Assembly: GCA_016870595.1 (NCBI GenBank)
Contig: VGBI01000003.1
Coordinates: 534-64,533, forward strand
Direction: 5' to 3'
Length of the DNA: 64,000 nucleotides
Source: Actinomycetota bacterium
GTDB taxonomy: Bacteria > Actinomycetota > Acidimicrobiia > IMCC26256 > PALSA-555
A program made the position numbers and the translations under genes. The notes under the pieces were generated by a model. That model was not told the origin of the DNA. It saw nothing but the letters and a program-made list of their open reading frames with translations, and did not search any database. This document shows positions 45,541 through 55,973 of this stretch, one piece after another. Numbering within the stretch: position 1 is the stretch's first letter; the number at the start of each line of letters is the position of its first letter.

Positions 45541-46580
45541 GCCGCGGGCGGCGCGTCGGGATCGCGCTCGGGCTGGTGGCCCTGGTCGCGGCCACGGGCG
45601 CGACCGGCGTGCTCCCCGGCGCGTACGCCGACGATGCGGTGACGGTGCTCGACCGGGCCCGGACCGCGACGGTGCGCGAGGACTTCGCGGGCACCGTCCA
45701 GATCGAGTGGCTCGACGACGGAGGCTGGCGCTCGGCCCGGACCAAGGTGACCGGGGCCGGTGGCGCGGTGCAGGTCGGTGAGGGCGCCCGGCAGGCGGGC
45801 GGTCGGGCCGAGGACCGCTGGATCGCCGGGGTGACCGGCTGGGAGGTGGGGTGGGATGAGCCCGTCGCCCGGAAGTCCCCGTCGCCGGCCACCCGCTGGG
45901 ACCTGACCGTGGGCACCGGGATCCCGGTGGCGGGCCGGGCCACGGTCATGGTCACCGCGACCGACCCGAAGACCGGTGCCCCCCGCGTGCGGGCCTACTG
46001 CGACAAGGCGACCGGGGTGATGCTGCGCCGCGAGGTGCTCGACCGCCAGGGCCGGGTGGTCCGGGCGGTCGGCTTCGTGGAGGTCGCCCGGCTCGGCGGG
46101 GCCACCGCCGTGCCACCCTCTGCGCCCCAGGTCGTCGAGCGCCGACCGTCGGCCCGGGGGACCGACCCGACCCCCGACACCGTGCGGGCCCTCCCGGCCC
46201 GCTTCGCCGCACCCGACCGGGTGACGGGCTTCGTGCTCGCCGGGCGCTACGAGCGGGCCGACGGCACCGTGCAGCTCTACTACTCCGACGGGCTCTTCGG
46301 CGTGTCGGTGTTCCAGCAGATCGGTGTGCTCGACCCCGGGGGCATGCCGGAGGCCGACGCCCGGGTGCGGGTCCGCGAGGCCGTCGCGCTCGGCTACGAG
46401 GTGGCGGGTGGGTCGGTGCTGGTGTGGGAGCGCGACGGCGTGACCCGCACGCTCGTGTCCGACGCCACCGCCGCCGACCTGCGCGAGTTCGCGGTCGCGT
46501 TCGACGACCGGGCCGCCGACGGCGACGGGCTGGTCGACCGGGTGGCCGACTTCCTCTTCGGGCCCTTCGGCTGGCGTTAG
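45537..46580 (+). CDS. Secreted MucB/RseB-like protein
   Basis: GTGA overlap with the anti-sigma gene. Signal peptide (GIALGLVALVAATGATGVLPGAYA). VAGRATVMVTATDPKTGAPRVRAYCDKATGVMLRREVLDRQGRVV resembles the RseB N-domain core. LYYSDGLFGVSVFQ resembles the RseB C-domain. Confidence 0.65.
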   Translation: MSRGRRVGIALGLVALVAATGATGVLPGAYADDAVTVLDRARTATVREDFAGTVQIEWLDDGGWRSARTKVTGAGGAVQVGEGARQAGGRAEDRWIAGVTGWEVGWDEPVARKSPSPATRWDLTVGTGIPVAGRATVMVTATDPKTGAPRVRAYCDKATGVMLRREVLDRQGRVVRAVGFVEVARLGGATAVPPSAPQVVERRPSARGTDPTPDTVRALPARFAAPDRVTGFVLAGRYERADGTVQLYYSDGLFGVSVFQQIGVLDPGGMPEADARVRVREAVALGYEVAGGSVLVWERDGVTRTLVSDATAADLREFAVAFDDRAADGDGLVDRVADFLFGPFGWR

Positions 46581-46601
46581 CCCGCCGGGCGGCCGGCGCC
46601 G

Positions 46602-47000
46602 TCAGTCGTCGGCGCGTCGCTCGGCGACCAGCTGCCGCAGGCGGGCGTGGAGCTCGGGGGAGTCGTCGGCGAGCTTGGCGAAGTCGGCGCCGAACATCGC
46701 GCCCACCACCATCGGCGTGACCGCGGTGACGGTGGCGGTGCGCCGGGTGGCCTCGAGGATCGCGGTCTCGCCGAAGCAGTCGCCGGGCCCGAGGGTCGCG
46801 ACGGCGGTGCCGCCACGGGTCACCTCGGCCGTGCCCTCGAGGATCACGAAGAAGAAGTAGCCCGACGCTCCCTCGCGGGCGAAGCGCTCCCCGCCCTCGG
46901 CGGTGCGCGCCTCGAACTTGGCGGCGATCGCTGCGAGGTCGTCGTCGGTGAGTCCCGCGAAGAGGGCGACGGGACGCAGTGCGTCGGGATCGACGGGCAT
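46602..47000 (-). CDS. Stand-alone cyclic-nucleotide-binding domain protein (no output domain)
   Basis: 132 aa. FAGLTDDDLAAIA...GDCFGETAILE..RRTATVTA is the cNMP-binding beta-barrel/PBC pattern. Good GGAGGAG SD. Confidence 0.85.
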   Translation of the reverse strand: MPVDPDALRPVALFAGLTDDDLAAIAAKFEARTAEGGERFAREGASGYFFFVILEGTAEVTRGGTAVATLGPGDCFGETAILEATRRTATVTAVTPMVVGAMFGADFAKLADDSPELHARLRQLVAERRADD

Positions 47001-47057
47001 GGCTCCTCCGGGGTCGGCGCCCGGAGCCTAGGACCCGCCCGCCGCTCCCGGCCCGGG

Positions 47058-47154
47058 GTTCACCGGGATGTCACCGGGGACCACCGGATGTTCACCGGAC
47101 GGATGTTCACCGGACGGATGCTCACTGGGCCGGATCCGCACCGGGCCTCACCAG
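47058..47154 (+). promoter_or_regulatory. Array of ~8 direct repeats with a (GT)TCACCGG core: three units at 11-nt spacing, then 15/16-nt units
   Basis: GTTCACCGGGA 47058, TGTCACCGGGG 47069, ACCACCGGATG 47080. Perfect 15-mers CGGATGTTCACCGGA at 47085 and 47100, degenerate copies at 47115 and 47131, and a last CACCAG at 47149. It fills the gap between the whiB-family stop (47148) and the cNMP gene start (47000). Confidence 0.6.
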
Positions 47155-47468
47155 GTGCCGCCGACTCCCGACAGTCGGCGCGACCGCAGCATGCGCCGCC
47201 GCTCGCGCTCGGAGCAGCCTCCCCAGACGCCGTGGTCGATGCGGTGGGTGAGGGCGTACTCGAGGCACTCGGCCCGCACGGGGCACTCGGCGCAGACGCG
47301 CTTGGCGACCTCGACCCCGACCCCGTCGGACGGGAAGAACTCGGAGGGGTCGAGGGACCGGCAGCGGGCCCGGTCCATCCACTCGGGGGTCACGTGGTCG
47401 GCAGGGGAGGCGAAGGACTCGTTCACGTCCTCTCCAACGTCCCTGCCGTCGGGGCGGTTCCCGGACAC
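47148..47468 (-). CDS. WhiB-family (Wbl) Fe-S transcription factor
   Basis: ARCRSLD...RVCAECPVRAEC Cys pattern, GVWGG turn, basic C-terminus. Confidence 0.85.
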   Translation of the reverse strand: MSGNRPDGRDVGEDVNESFASPADHVTPEWMDRARCRSLDPSEFFPSDGVGVEVAKRVCAECPVRAECLEYALTHRIDHGVWGGCSERERRRMLRSRRLSGVGGTW

Positions 47469-47609
47469 GGGGTCACCCTAGCCCGGGGCTCCGAGGGCCG
47501 TCGGCTGGGAACGCGACGGACGCCGGGATCGTTCCTGGTCCTGCATCCACGTCCCCCGGGGTGCCCCGTCCTCCCCGGGCGAGACCCCCACCCGGTGATC
47601 GGAGTCCCC

Positions 47610-48806
<1,197 letters not shown>

Positions 48807-48830
48807 GCCGCACGCGACCGGTGCGCCGAT

Positions 48831-48851
48831 CCCCGGGCCGCGGGCCCGGGG
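48831..48851 (+). terminator. Possible intrinsic terminator hairpin after htrA
   Basis: ccccgggcc / gcg / ggcccgggg, a 9-bp perfect stem starting 25 nt after the stop. No U tract. Confidence 0.3.
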
Positions 48852-48877
48852 GTCCGGCGCCGCCGACGCACTAGGTT

Positions 48878-49165
48878 GTGCCGATGGCCATCGGTCCCGA
48901 TCAGCTCGAGCAGCTGCCCCCGGTGGGGCACGTGAAGATGGTGTACCTCGGCCCGGTGTCCCCGCACTGGGAGGTGCACGGCGTCTTCGGCGACGGCCGC
49001 ATGATCGACGAGTTCCGGACCCGGGCGCTGGCGCGGCTCCAGCTCCTCCCGCCCCACGACCCGCAGTTCCGGCGCAACCGGGAGCGGGTCAACCGCGACG
49101 CCGAGCGCGAGCGGCTCATCGTGGAGTGGGACCTCGGCTACGAGGAGCCCGAGACCACGGCCTGA
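48878..49165 (+). CDS. Hypothetical protein (95 aa)
   Basis: Normal composition (MVYLGPVSPHWEVHGVFGDGRMIDEFRTRALARL...). No family recognised. The start is GTG 48878 or ATG 48884. Confidence 0.5.
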   Translation: MPMAIGPDQLEQLPPVGHVKMVYLGPVSPHWEVHGVFGDGRMIDEFRTRALARLQLLPPHDPQFRRNRERVNRDAERERLIVEWDLGYEEPETTA

Positions 49166-49221
49166 CGATCACGGCCTGAAGCCGGTCCGCCCGGATGTTC
49201 CGGGCGGGGTTCCGCCGGGGC

Positions 49222-49935
49222 TCAGCCGATCTCGCCTGCGACCTCGGGCCGGTCGGTCTCGTGGACCGGGTACTCGCCGGTCGCCATGAACACGACCCGC
49301 TCGGCGATGGTCACGGCGTGGTCGGCGATCCGCTCGAAGTGGCGGCCCACCAGGGCGATCTGCACGGCCTGCTGGACGGTGCCCTCGTCGGCGGGGGCCA
49401 GGGCGAGGACGTAGCGGAACAGGCTCTTGGTGAGCTCGTCCATGGCGTCGTCCATGTCGGCCAGGGCCCGGGCGTACGTGGGGTCGGCGTCGGCGTAGGC
49501 GTCGAGGGCGAGGCGGGTCTGGTTGGTGGCCTGCTGGCCCATCCGGTCGACGATGCCCCGGACCTTCGGATCGAGCGGCGACGGCCAGAGCCGCCGGGTG
49601 GCCTTGGCGATGTTGACGCTGAGGTCGGCGGAGCGCTCGAGCTCGTGGGCGATCCGCAGGGTCGCCAGGATCACCCGGAGGTCGGTGGCCATCGGCTGCT
49701 GGCGGGCGAGCAGGGCGAAGCACTCGTTGTCGATGTGGTGGGTGAGGTCGTCGATGCCGTCGTCGTTGCGGATGGCCTGCTCGGCGAGGGTGAGGTCGCC
49801 GTCGAGGAGCGACTGGGTCGCGGCCGACACGAGCTCGGTGGTGAGCGCCCCGAGTCGGATCACTGCGACCCGGAGGTCGGCCAGGTGCTCGTGGAACGTC
49901 CGCCGGGTCGGTTCCTCGCCCGCCGTGATGCTCAT
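49222..49935 (-). CDS. phoU: Phosphate signalling complex protein PhoU
   Basis: Two PhoU repeats (DDLTHHIDNECFALLARQQPMATDLR; LVGRHFERIADHA). ATG 49935 is preferred over 50007: it gives 237 aa, typical for the family, and leaves the PHO-like boxes in the leader/promoter. Confidence 0.9.
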   Translation of the reverse strand: MSITAGEEPTRRTFHEHLADLRVAVIRLGALTTELVSAATQSLLDGDLTLAEQAIRNDDGIDDLTHHIDNECFALLARQQPMATDLRVILATLRIAHELERSADLSVNIAKATRRLWPSPLDPKVRGIVDRMGQQATNQTRLALDAYADADPTYARALADMDDAMDELTKSLFRYVLALAPADEGTVQQAVQIALVGRHFERIADHAVTIAERVVFMATGEYPVHETDRPEVAGEIG

Positions 49936-50025
49936 GAAGTGCTCCTCGAGGTCCCGGTCGGGGGCGCCATCGGCCGTGCCGGGTTCTGGGTTGGGGGTCT
50001 CGGCCATGGAACGATGGTGACCGGC

Positions 50026-50111
50026 CCAGGTGAACGACGGGTGGCCGGAGGTCGGGTGCCCTCCATTGTTAGACCGTCGTTCACCTGGAGTCCACCCAGT
50101 GGTCGAGTGCG
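50026..50111. promoter_or_regulatory. PHO-box-like operator region in the divergent phoU-pstS intergenic space
   Basis: Perfect 15-bp inverted repeat CCAGGTGAACGACGG (50026-40) / CCGTCGTTCACCTGG (50074-88). On the pstS side there are consecutive 11-nt units GTTCACCTGGA (50079), GTCCACCCAGT (50090) and GGTCGAGTGCG (50101). Confidence 0.55.
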
Positions 50112-50222
50112 CGCCAAACGGGCTGCCTACGGTTCGTTTCGATGCACCGATCCATGGTGATCCACAAATACCCCGGGCCCCTGCCCCGTCAGGCGGTCCA
50201 CGACGAGGAGGCTCCTCCGAGC

Positions 50223-51290
50223 ATGCACCGACGCACCCGAGTGTTCCGATTGGCGGCCGTGACCGCTCTGGCGGCCGGACTCGCGGCCACCGCCGGCGTG
50301 GCCCCGGCCGCGGCCCAGAAGACCAAGGCCCTGCCGGCCACGACCATCAACGGCTCGGGGGCCACCTTCCCCCAGGGCTTCATCGACCAGTGCCGTGAGT
50401 CCTTCCGGAAGGTCCAGCCCAACGTGACCGTCAACTACCCGAACCCGGGTGGTGGGTCGGGCAAGGGCCGCCAGGAGTTCGCCGACCAGGTCACGCAGTG
50501 GGGAGCGTCCGACGCCCCCTACCCCGCTGCGGACCTCTCGAAGATCAAGGGCGGGAGCTTCCTGTACGTCCCGACCGTGACCGCGCCGATCACGATCTCC
50601 TACAACCTCCCCAGCATCAAGAAGCCGCTCCGGCTCACGCCCCTGAACGTCGCGAAGCTGTTCCAGGGTGACATCACCACCTGGAACGATCCCCTCATCG
50701 CCGCCGACAACCCCGGCGTGACGCTCCCGGCGACGAAGGTGGCCATTGCGCGGCGCTCCGACAGCTCCGGAACCACCGAGAACTTCACCCGGTACCTCAG
50801 CAGCGCCGCCGGGTCGGTGTGGAAGCTCGGGGCGGGCTCGACCGTGACCTGGCCCGCCGACGCGCAGGGTGGCAACGGCAACTCGGGCGTGGGTGCGATC
50901 GTCAAGGCGACCGAAGGCGCAGTCGGCTACGTCGACTACTCCGACGCCAAGGCGACCGGGCTGAAGTTCGCCACCATCCGGAACGCGGCCGGGACGTTCA
51001 TCCTGCCGAGCCTGGAGGCGGCGACCGCGGCGCTCGACGGTGTGGCCCTCAACGCCGACGGCCTCTACAACCCGCTCAACTCGCCCAGCCCCAAGGCCTA
51101 TCCGATCGCCGCCCCCACGTTCGTGCTGGTGTACGCCAAGTACTCCGACGCCAAAGTGGCTGCGGCGGTGAAGGCGTGGGCCGAGTACCTGGTCGGTCCG
51201 TGCCAGAAGCAGGCGGCGACCGTGGACTACGCCCCGCTGCCCAAGGACTGGGCCACCCAGACGGCCGCCCGGCTCAACGCCCTCGGCTAA
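50223..51290 (+). CDS. pstS: Phosphate ABC transporter substrate-binding protein
   Basis: ATG 50223 (GAGGAGG upstream) within ORF 50142..51290. Signal peptide plus INGSGATFP, RRSDSSGTT, GAVGYVDY. Confidence 0.9.
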   Translation: MHRRTRVFRLAAVTALAAGLAATAGVAPAAAQKTKALPATTINGSGATFPQGFIDQCRESFRKVQPNVTVNYPNPGGGSGKGRQEFADQVTQWGASDAPYPAADLSKIKGGSFLYVPTVTAPITISYNLPSIKKPLRLTPLNVAKLFQGDITTWNDPLIAADNPGVTLPATKVAIARRSDSSGTTENFTRYLSSAAGSVWKLGAGSTVTWPADAQGGNGNSGVGAIVKATEGAVGYVDYSDAKATGLKFATIRNAAGTFILPSLEAATAALDGVALNADGLYNPLNSPSPKAYPIAAPTFVLVYAKYSDAKVAAAVKAWAEYLVGPCQKQAATVDYAPLPKDWATQTAARLNALG

Positions 51291-51337
51291 CGGTCCAGTT
51301 CCCGCCCGGCGGCCCTGCCGCCGGCCCATGACCCCTG

Positions 51338-52372
51338 GTGGGGGGGGCGGGCTTCCCCCGGCCCGCTCCCCCCAGCCAGAATCGGGGCACCGTGACCCAG
51401 ACCCTCGATCCCGCTCCGCCGTCCCCGCTCGTGGGGGGACCGCGCCCGCCCGGCTTCGCGGTCGACCGGGCGTTCCGAGTCCTCGCCGTGCTCGCAGGGC
51501 TGTTCGTGCTGGTGGTCCTGGTTTCCATCGTCTTCGTGCTCTTCGACAGCGCCCGCGAGTGGATCAGCTTCGAGGGGCTGGGCTCGCTGTTCTCGCTCGA
51601 CTGGGAGCCGGTCAACGAGAAGTTCGGTGCCGGTTCGCTCGCGCTGATGACCCTGATCGTCGCCGCCCTGGCGCTGGTGATCGCGGTGCCGATCAGCGTG
51701 GGCATCGCGCTGTTCGTGACCGAGATCGCGCCGCGCCGGGCCCGGTTGCCCATCGTGTTCGTGATCGACCTGCTCGCGGCGATTCCGTCGGTGGTGTTCG
51801 GGCTCTGGATGCTGCGCCAACTCTCGCAGCCGCTCGCCGACGTCTATGCCGACGTCCACGGCGCCGTCGCCGGCGTGCCGGTGCTGGGCGACCTGCTCGG
51901 CAGCCCGAGCGCCTCGGGCCTCTCGATCATGACGGCGGCCATCGTCGTCGGGATCATGATCACCCCGATCGTCACCGCCATCACCCGCGAGGTCTTCGCC
52001 ACCTGCCCACTCGCGCAGAAGGAGGCGAGCCTTGCGCTCGGAGCGACCCGGTGGGAGATGATCCGGGGCGCGATCTTCCCCCACAGCCGCTCGGGGGTCG
52101 TCGCTGCCGTGATCATCGGGTTCGGCCGGGCGGTGGGGGAGACCATCGCCGTGGCGCTGGTCATCGGGGCCTCGCAGCGGCTCACCGGGAACCTGCTCGC
52201 CCCCGGCGACACCCTCGCCAGCATCATCGCGAACCAGTTCGGGGAGGCCAGCGGGGTGCAGCGCTCCGCGTTGATCGGCTTCGGGCTCGTGCTGCTCCTC
52301 CTGACCATCATCATCGGCATCGTCGCCCGGAGCGTGCTGCGCCGGGCCAACCGTCGCTTCGGAGTGGTGTGA
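51338..52372 (+). CDS. pstC: Phosphate ABC transporter permease PstC
   Basis: Six TM helices. EAS..LGAT.WE permease loop ([15 protein letters not shown]). The start is uncertain (GTG 51338 or 51392). Confidence 0.9.
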   Translation: MGGAGFPRPAPPSQNRGTVTQTLDPAPPSPLVGGPRPPGFAVDRAFRVLAVLAGLFVLVVLVSIVFVLFDSAREWISFEGLGSLFSLDWEPVNEKFGAGSLALMTLIVAALALVIAVPISVGIALFVTEIAPRRARLPIVFVIDLLAAIPSVVFGLWMLRQLSQPLADVYADVHGAVAGVPVLGDLLGSPSASGLSIMTAAIVVGIMITPIVTAITREVFATCPLAQKEASLALGATRWEMIRGAIFPHSRSGVVAAVIIGFGRAVGETIAVALVIGASQRLTGNLLAPGDTLASIIANQFGEASGVQRSALIGFGLVLLLLTIIIGIVARSVLRRANRRFGVV

Positions 52373-53283
52373 TGGCCGCGCCCACGCTCCCGGCCGGCGC
52401 GGTGCTCCAGCCCCGCAAGGGCACGGGGTTCAGGCAGTTCAAGAGCGCGTTCGCGACGGTGGCGATCGTGGGCGCGTTCGTCGCGGCCGCCGTCCCGCTC
52501 GTTGCGCTTGTGTACTACGTCGCGCGCGAGGGCCTGAAGGTCTTCTCCTGGGAGTTCCTGACCACCGATCTCCCCTTCTCGCAGCGCAGCGTCGAGGGTG
52601 GGATCTACCCCGCCATCATCGGGACGCTTATCATCACGGTCGGCGCCACGCTCATCGCCGTCCCCCTCGGCGTGATGGGCGGCATCTACCTCAACGAGTA
52701 CGGCGCCCGCTCCCGCTTCGCCGCAATCGTCCGGTTCCTGAGCGAGATCCTCACCGGGGTGCCGTCGATCGTGATGGGCCTGTTCATCTACACCTTCTGG
52801 GTGCTGCCCCGGGGCGCCGATGGCTTCAGCGCGCTCGCCGGCTCACTCGCCTTGGGCGCGCTGATGCTCCCCGTGGTGATCCGTACCTCCGAGGAGATGC
52901 TCAAGCTCGTGCCCCACGAACTGCGCGAGGGCAGCCTGGCGCTCGGGAGCCGGAAGTCCCGGACCATCCGCACGGTCGTGCTCCCGCACGCCGCCCCCGG
53001 GATCGTGAGCGGATCGCTCCTCGCGGTGGCCCGGGCCGCCGGGGAGACCGCCCCGCTGCTGTTCGTGATCGGGGCGACCAACCTCGTGAACTGGGACTGG
53101 CTGAGCGGCTCGAACACCGCGCTCTCGGTCCAGATCTTCGGCAACGCCGCCTCGCCGTTCGTCCCGGCCCAGGAACGCGCCTTCGGCGCCGCAGTCACCC
53201 TGATCCTCATCGTCTTCCTCGCCACCGCCATTGCCCGCATCGTCACCGTCGTGTACACGCGCCGGGTGTCGGGCGCCGCATGA
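52372..53283 (+). CDS. pstA: Phosphate ABC transporter permease PstA
   Basis: ATG 52372 shares its A with the pst[19 protein letters not shown] permease loop. Six TM helices. Confidence 0.9.
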   Translation: MAAPTLPAGAVLQPRKGTGFRQFKSAFATVAIVGAFVAAAVPLVALVYYVAREGLKVFSWEFLTTDLPFSQRSVEGGIYPAIIGTLIITVGATLIAVPLGVMGGIYLNEYGARSRFAAIVRFLSEILTGVPSIVMGLFIYTFWVLPRGADGFSALAGSLALGALMLPVVIRTSEEMLKLVPHELREGSLALGSRKSRTIRTVVLPHAAPGIVSGSLLAVARAAGETAPLLFVIGATNLVNWDWLSGSNTALSVQIFGNAASPFVPAQERAFGAAVTLILIVFLATAIARIVTVVYTRRVSGAA

Positions 53284-54185
53284 CCTCGGAGCCCGCCATG
53301 CCCCCTGCTGCGACCGCCGGCGATACCATCACCCGTGTGGACCTGACGCCCACCCAGGTGCGTCCTCCCGAGGTTCCTGCGGACCCCGGCCCGGTGCCGG
53401 GACGCGAGGTCGTCTTCGATCTCTCGACGGTCGAGATCTTCTACGGCGAGGCCCGGGCCGTCACCGACGTCGACCTTGACATCGCCCGCAACGAGATCTC
53501 GGCGTTCATCGGGCCGTCCGGGTGCGGCAAGACCACGGTGCTGCGGTCGCTGAACCGCATGCACGACCTCACGCCCGGCGCGCGGGTCGCCGGGACGATC
53601 ACCTACCACGGTGAGGACCTCTACGGCCCGAAGGTCGACGCCGCCGAGGTGCGGCGCCGGATCGGGATGGTGTTCCAGAAGCCGAACCCGTTCCCGAAGT
53701 CGATCTTCGATAACATCGCCTATGGGCCGCGCATCAACGGGGTGCGCAAGCGTTCGGAACTCGAGGGGATCGTGGAGCAGGCGCTCACCCGTGCCGCGCT
53801 CTGGGGCGAGGTCAAGGAGAAGCTCAAGTCGAGCGCGCTGTCGCTCTCGGGCGGCCAGGCGCAGCGACTCTGCATCGCCCGGGCCCTGGCCGTCGATCCC
53901 GACGTGCTGCTGATGGACGAGCCGTGCTCGGCGCTCGACCCGATCGCCACCGCGCGGATCGAGGACCTGATGGAGGAGCTCAAGGAGACGCTCACCATCG
54001 TCATCGTCACCCACAACATGCAGCAGGCGGCCCGCGTCTCCGACCGCACCGCCTTCTACACGGCCGAGGCCGATGACAACGGTCGGCGGGTCGGCAAGCT
54101 GGTCGAGTACGACGCCACCGCCACGATCTTCACGAAGCCCTCCGACCCCCGGACCGAGGGCTACATCACCGGACGGTTCGGCTGA
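53280..54185 (+). CDS. pstB: Phosphate ABC transporter ATP-binding protein
   Basis: ATGA overlap with pst[47 protein letters not shown]. Confidence 0.95.
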   Translation: MTSEPAMPPAATAGDTITRVDLTPTQVRPPEVPADPGPVPGREVVFDLSTVEIFYGEARAVTDVDLDIARNEISAFIGPSGCGKTTVLRSLNRMHDLTPGARVAGTITYHGEDLYGPKVDAAEVRRRIGMVFQKPNPFPKSIFDNIAYGPRINGVRKRSELEGIVEQALTRAALWGEVKEKLKSSALSLSGGQAQRLCIARALAVDPDVLLMDEPCSALDPIATARIEDLMEELKETLTIVIVTHNMQQAARVSDRTAFYTAEADDNGRRVGKLVEYDATATIFTKPSDPRTEGYITGRFG

Positions 54186-54262
54186 AGCGCTGGCGCACCG
54201 ACGACGGTCCCGGCGTCGCGGCGCCCGGGGGCGCCGATCTCGCCCGACGGGCGGGCGAGTGT

Positions 54263-55264
54263 GTGGCGTCGGCGCTCGTTGGAGTGGACACCGGCGTCGT
54301 CGTGGTCGACGCCGACGGCGACGAGGTCCTGCGCAGTGCATCGGCCGAGCGGTTCCGTGACGCCCGCCACGGCGAGGCCGTCGTGCAGGAGGTCATCGAG
54401 CGCCTGCTGCGGGGGGCCCGGACCGGCGTGACCGGCGAGGAGGAGCTGGCCCTGTTCGGCCCGCCGCGCGAAACCCTGATCGTCCGGGCCGTGCCCCTGG
54501 TCGTCGACGACGACGGGATCATCGGTGCCGCTGCCTACGTCGACGACGTCACCGAGGTGCGCCGGGTCGAGGCGGTCCGGCGGGACTTCGTCGCCAACGT
54601 CAGCCATGAGCTCAAGACCCCGATCGGGGCCATGGGCCTCCTGGCCGAGACCTTCCTCGGCAGCGACGACGCCGAGGTCGCCCGGCGTCTGGCCGAGCAG
54701 CTGGTGCGGGAGGCCGATCGGCTCGCCCACATCGTCGACGACCTCCTCGACCTCAGCACCGTGGAGGCCCAGGAGCACCCGAGCCGGGAGATCGTGCCGG
54801 TCCGGGTCCTGGTCGACGAGGCGGTCGGACGGGTGCGGGCCCTTGCCCGCGCACGAGGGATCAGCCTCGACGTGCGGGGCGTCACCGATGACCTGGCGGT
54901 GGCCTGTGATCCCGGCCAGGTAGTCGGCGCGATCACCAACCTGCTCGACAACGCCGTGAAGTACTCCGACGATGGCGGGGCGGTCGACGTGTGGTGTGAG
55001 GTGGTCGACGGCCGAGTCGCCGTGGCCGTGCGCGACTCGGGGATCGGGATCCCGTCGCGCGACCTCGAGCGGATCTTCGAGCGCTTCTACCGTGTCGACA
55101 AGGCCCGCAGTCGCGCCACCGGTGGCACCGGCCTCGGACTCGCCATCGTCCGCCACGTCGCCCAGGCCCACGGCGGCGAGGTCACGGTCGAGTCGATCGA
55201 GGGTGTGGGCTCCACGTTCCGACTCGTGCTGCCCCGACCCGGTGTCGACGCCGAGGCCGCCTGA
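54263..55264 (+). CDS. senX3: SenX3-like sensor histidine kinase, apparently soluble (PAS-like N-terminus, no TM)
   Basis: H-box FVANVSHELKTPIGAM, N-box NLLDNAVKYS, G-boxes DSGIGI and GGTGLGLAIV. The in-frame sequence back to the pstB stop ([26 protein letters not shown]) has no hydrophobic segment. Confidence 0.8.
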   Translation: MASALVGVDTGVVVVDADGDEVLRSASAERFRDARHGEAVVQEVIERLLRGARTGVTGEEELALFGPPRETLIVRAVPLVVDDDGIIGAAAYVDDVTEVRRVEAVRRDFVANVSHELKTPIGAMGLLAETFLGSDDAEVARRLAEQLVREADRLAHIVDDLLDLSTVEAQEHPSREIVPVRVLVDEAVGRVRALARARGISLDVRGVTDDLAVACDPGQVVGAITNLLDNAVKYSDDGGAVDVWCEVVDGRVAVAVRDSGIGIPSRDLERIFERFYRVDKARSRATGGTGLGLAIVRHVAQAHGGEVTVESIEGVGSTFRLVLPRPGVDAEAA

Positions 55265-55968
55265 TGCCCGAGCGCCCGACGATCCTGGTGGTCGACGACG
55301 AGGAGTCGTACCGCGACGCGCTCTCGATCGCGCTCGAGCGCGAGGGCTTCCGGGTCGAGACCGCCGCCGACGGCCCCGAGGCCATCGACCAGTTCGATCG
55401 GTCCAACCCCGCCCTGGTCCTCCTCGACGTCATGCTGCCGCGAATGTCGGGGGTGGACGTGTGCCGGGAGCTGCGCTCCCGGTCGCAGGTGCCGATCATC
55501 ATGGTCACGGCCCGCAACGCGGAGATCGACGCCGTCGTCGGGCTCGAGGTCGGGGCCGACGACTACGTGACGAAGCCGTTCCGGCTGCGCGAGCTCGTCG
55601 CCCGGGTCCGCGCGGCCCTGCGCCGGGCGCCGCGGCTCGACGCGCCGGCGACGCCGGCCGACGAGCAGATCGTGATCGACGACATCCGCGTCGACGTCGC
55701 CCGTCACGAGGTGATGGTGCGGGGGGATCTCGTCGCGTTGCCGCTCAAGGAGTTCGAGCTCCTGGAGCTGCTGATGACCAACGCCGGTCGGGTGCTGACC
55801 CGCGACGTCCTCATCGATCGCATCTGGGGCCCGAACTACTTCGGGGACACCAAGACCCTCGACGTGCACGTGAAGCGCCTGCGGGCCAAGATCGAGGACG
55901 ATCCGGCCCAGCCGGTGCGGATCGTGACCGTGCGCGGCGTCGGGTACCGCTACGAGCGACGCGGCTAG
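55264..55968 (+). CDS. regX3: OmpR/PhoB-family response regulator, RegX3-like
   Basis: ILVVDDEES...LLDVMLP..SG receiver domain. Winged helix LTRDVLIDRIWGPNYFGDTKTLDVHVKRLRAKIEDDPAQPVRIVTVRGVGY. 1-nt overlap with the kinase stop. Confidence 0.85.
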   Translation: MPERPTILVVDDEESYRDALSIALEREGFRVETAADGPEAIDQFDRSNPALVLLDVMLPRMSGVDVCRELRSRSQVPIIMVTARNAEIDAVVGLEVGADDYVTKPFRLRELVARVRAALRRAPRLDAPATPADEQIVIDDIRVDVARHEVMVRGDLVALPLKEFELLELLMTNAGRVLTRDVLIDRIWGPNYFGDTKTLDVHVKRLRAKIEDDPAQPVRIVTVRGVGYRYERRG

Positions 55969-55973
55969 TCGGG

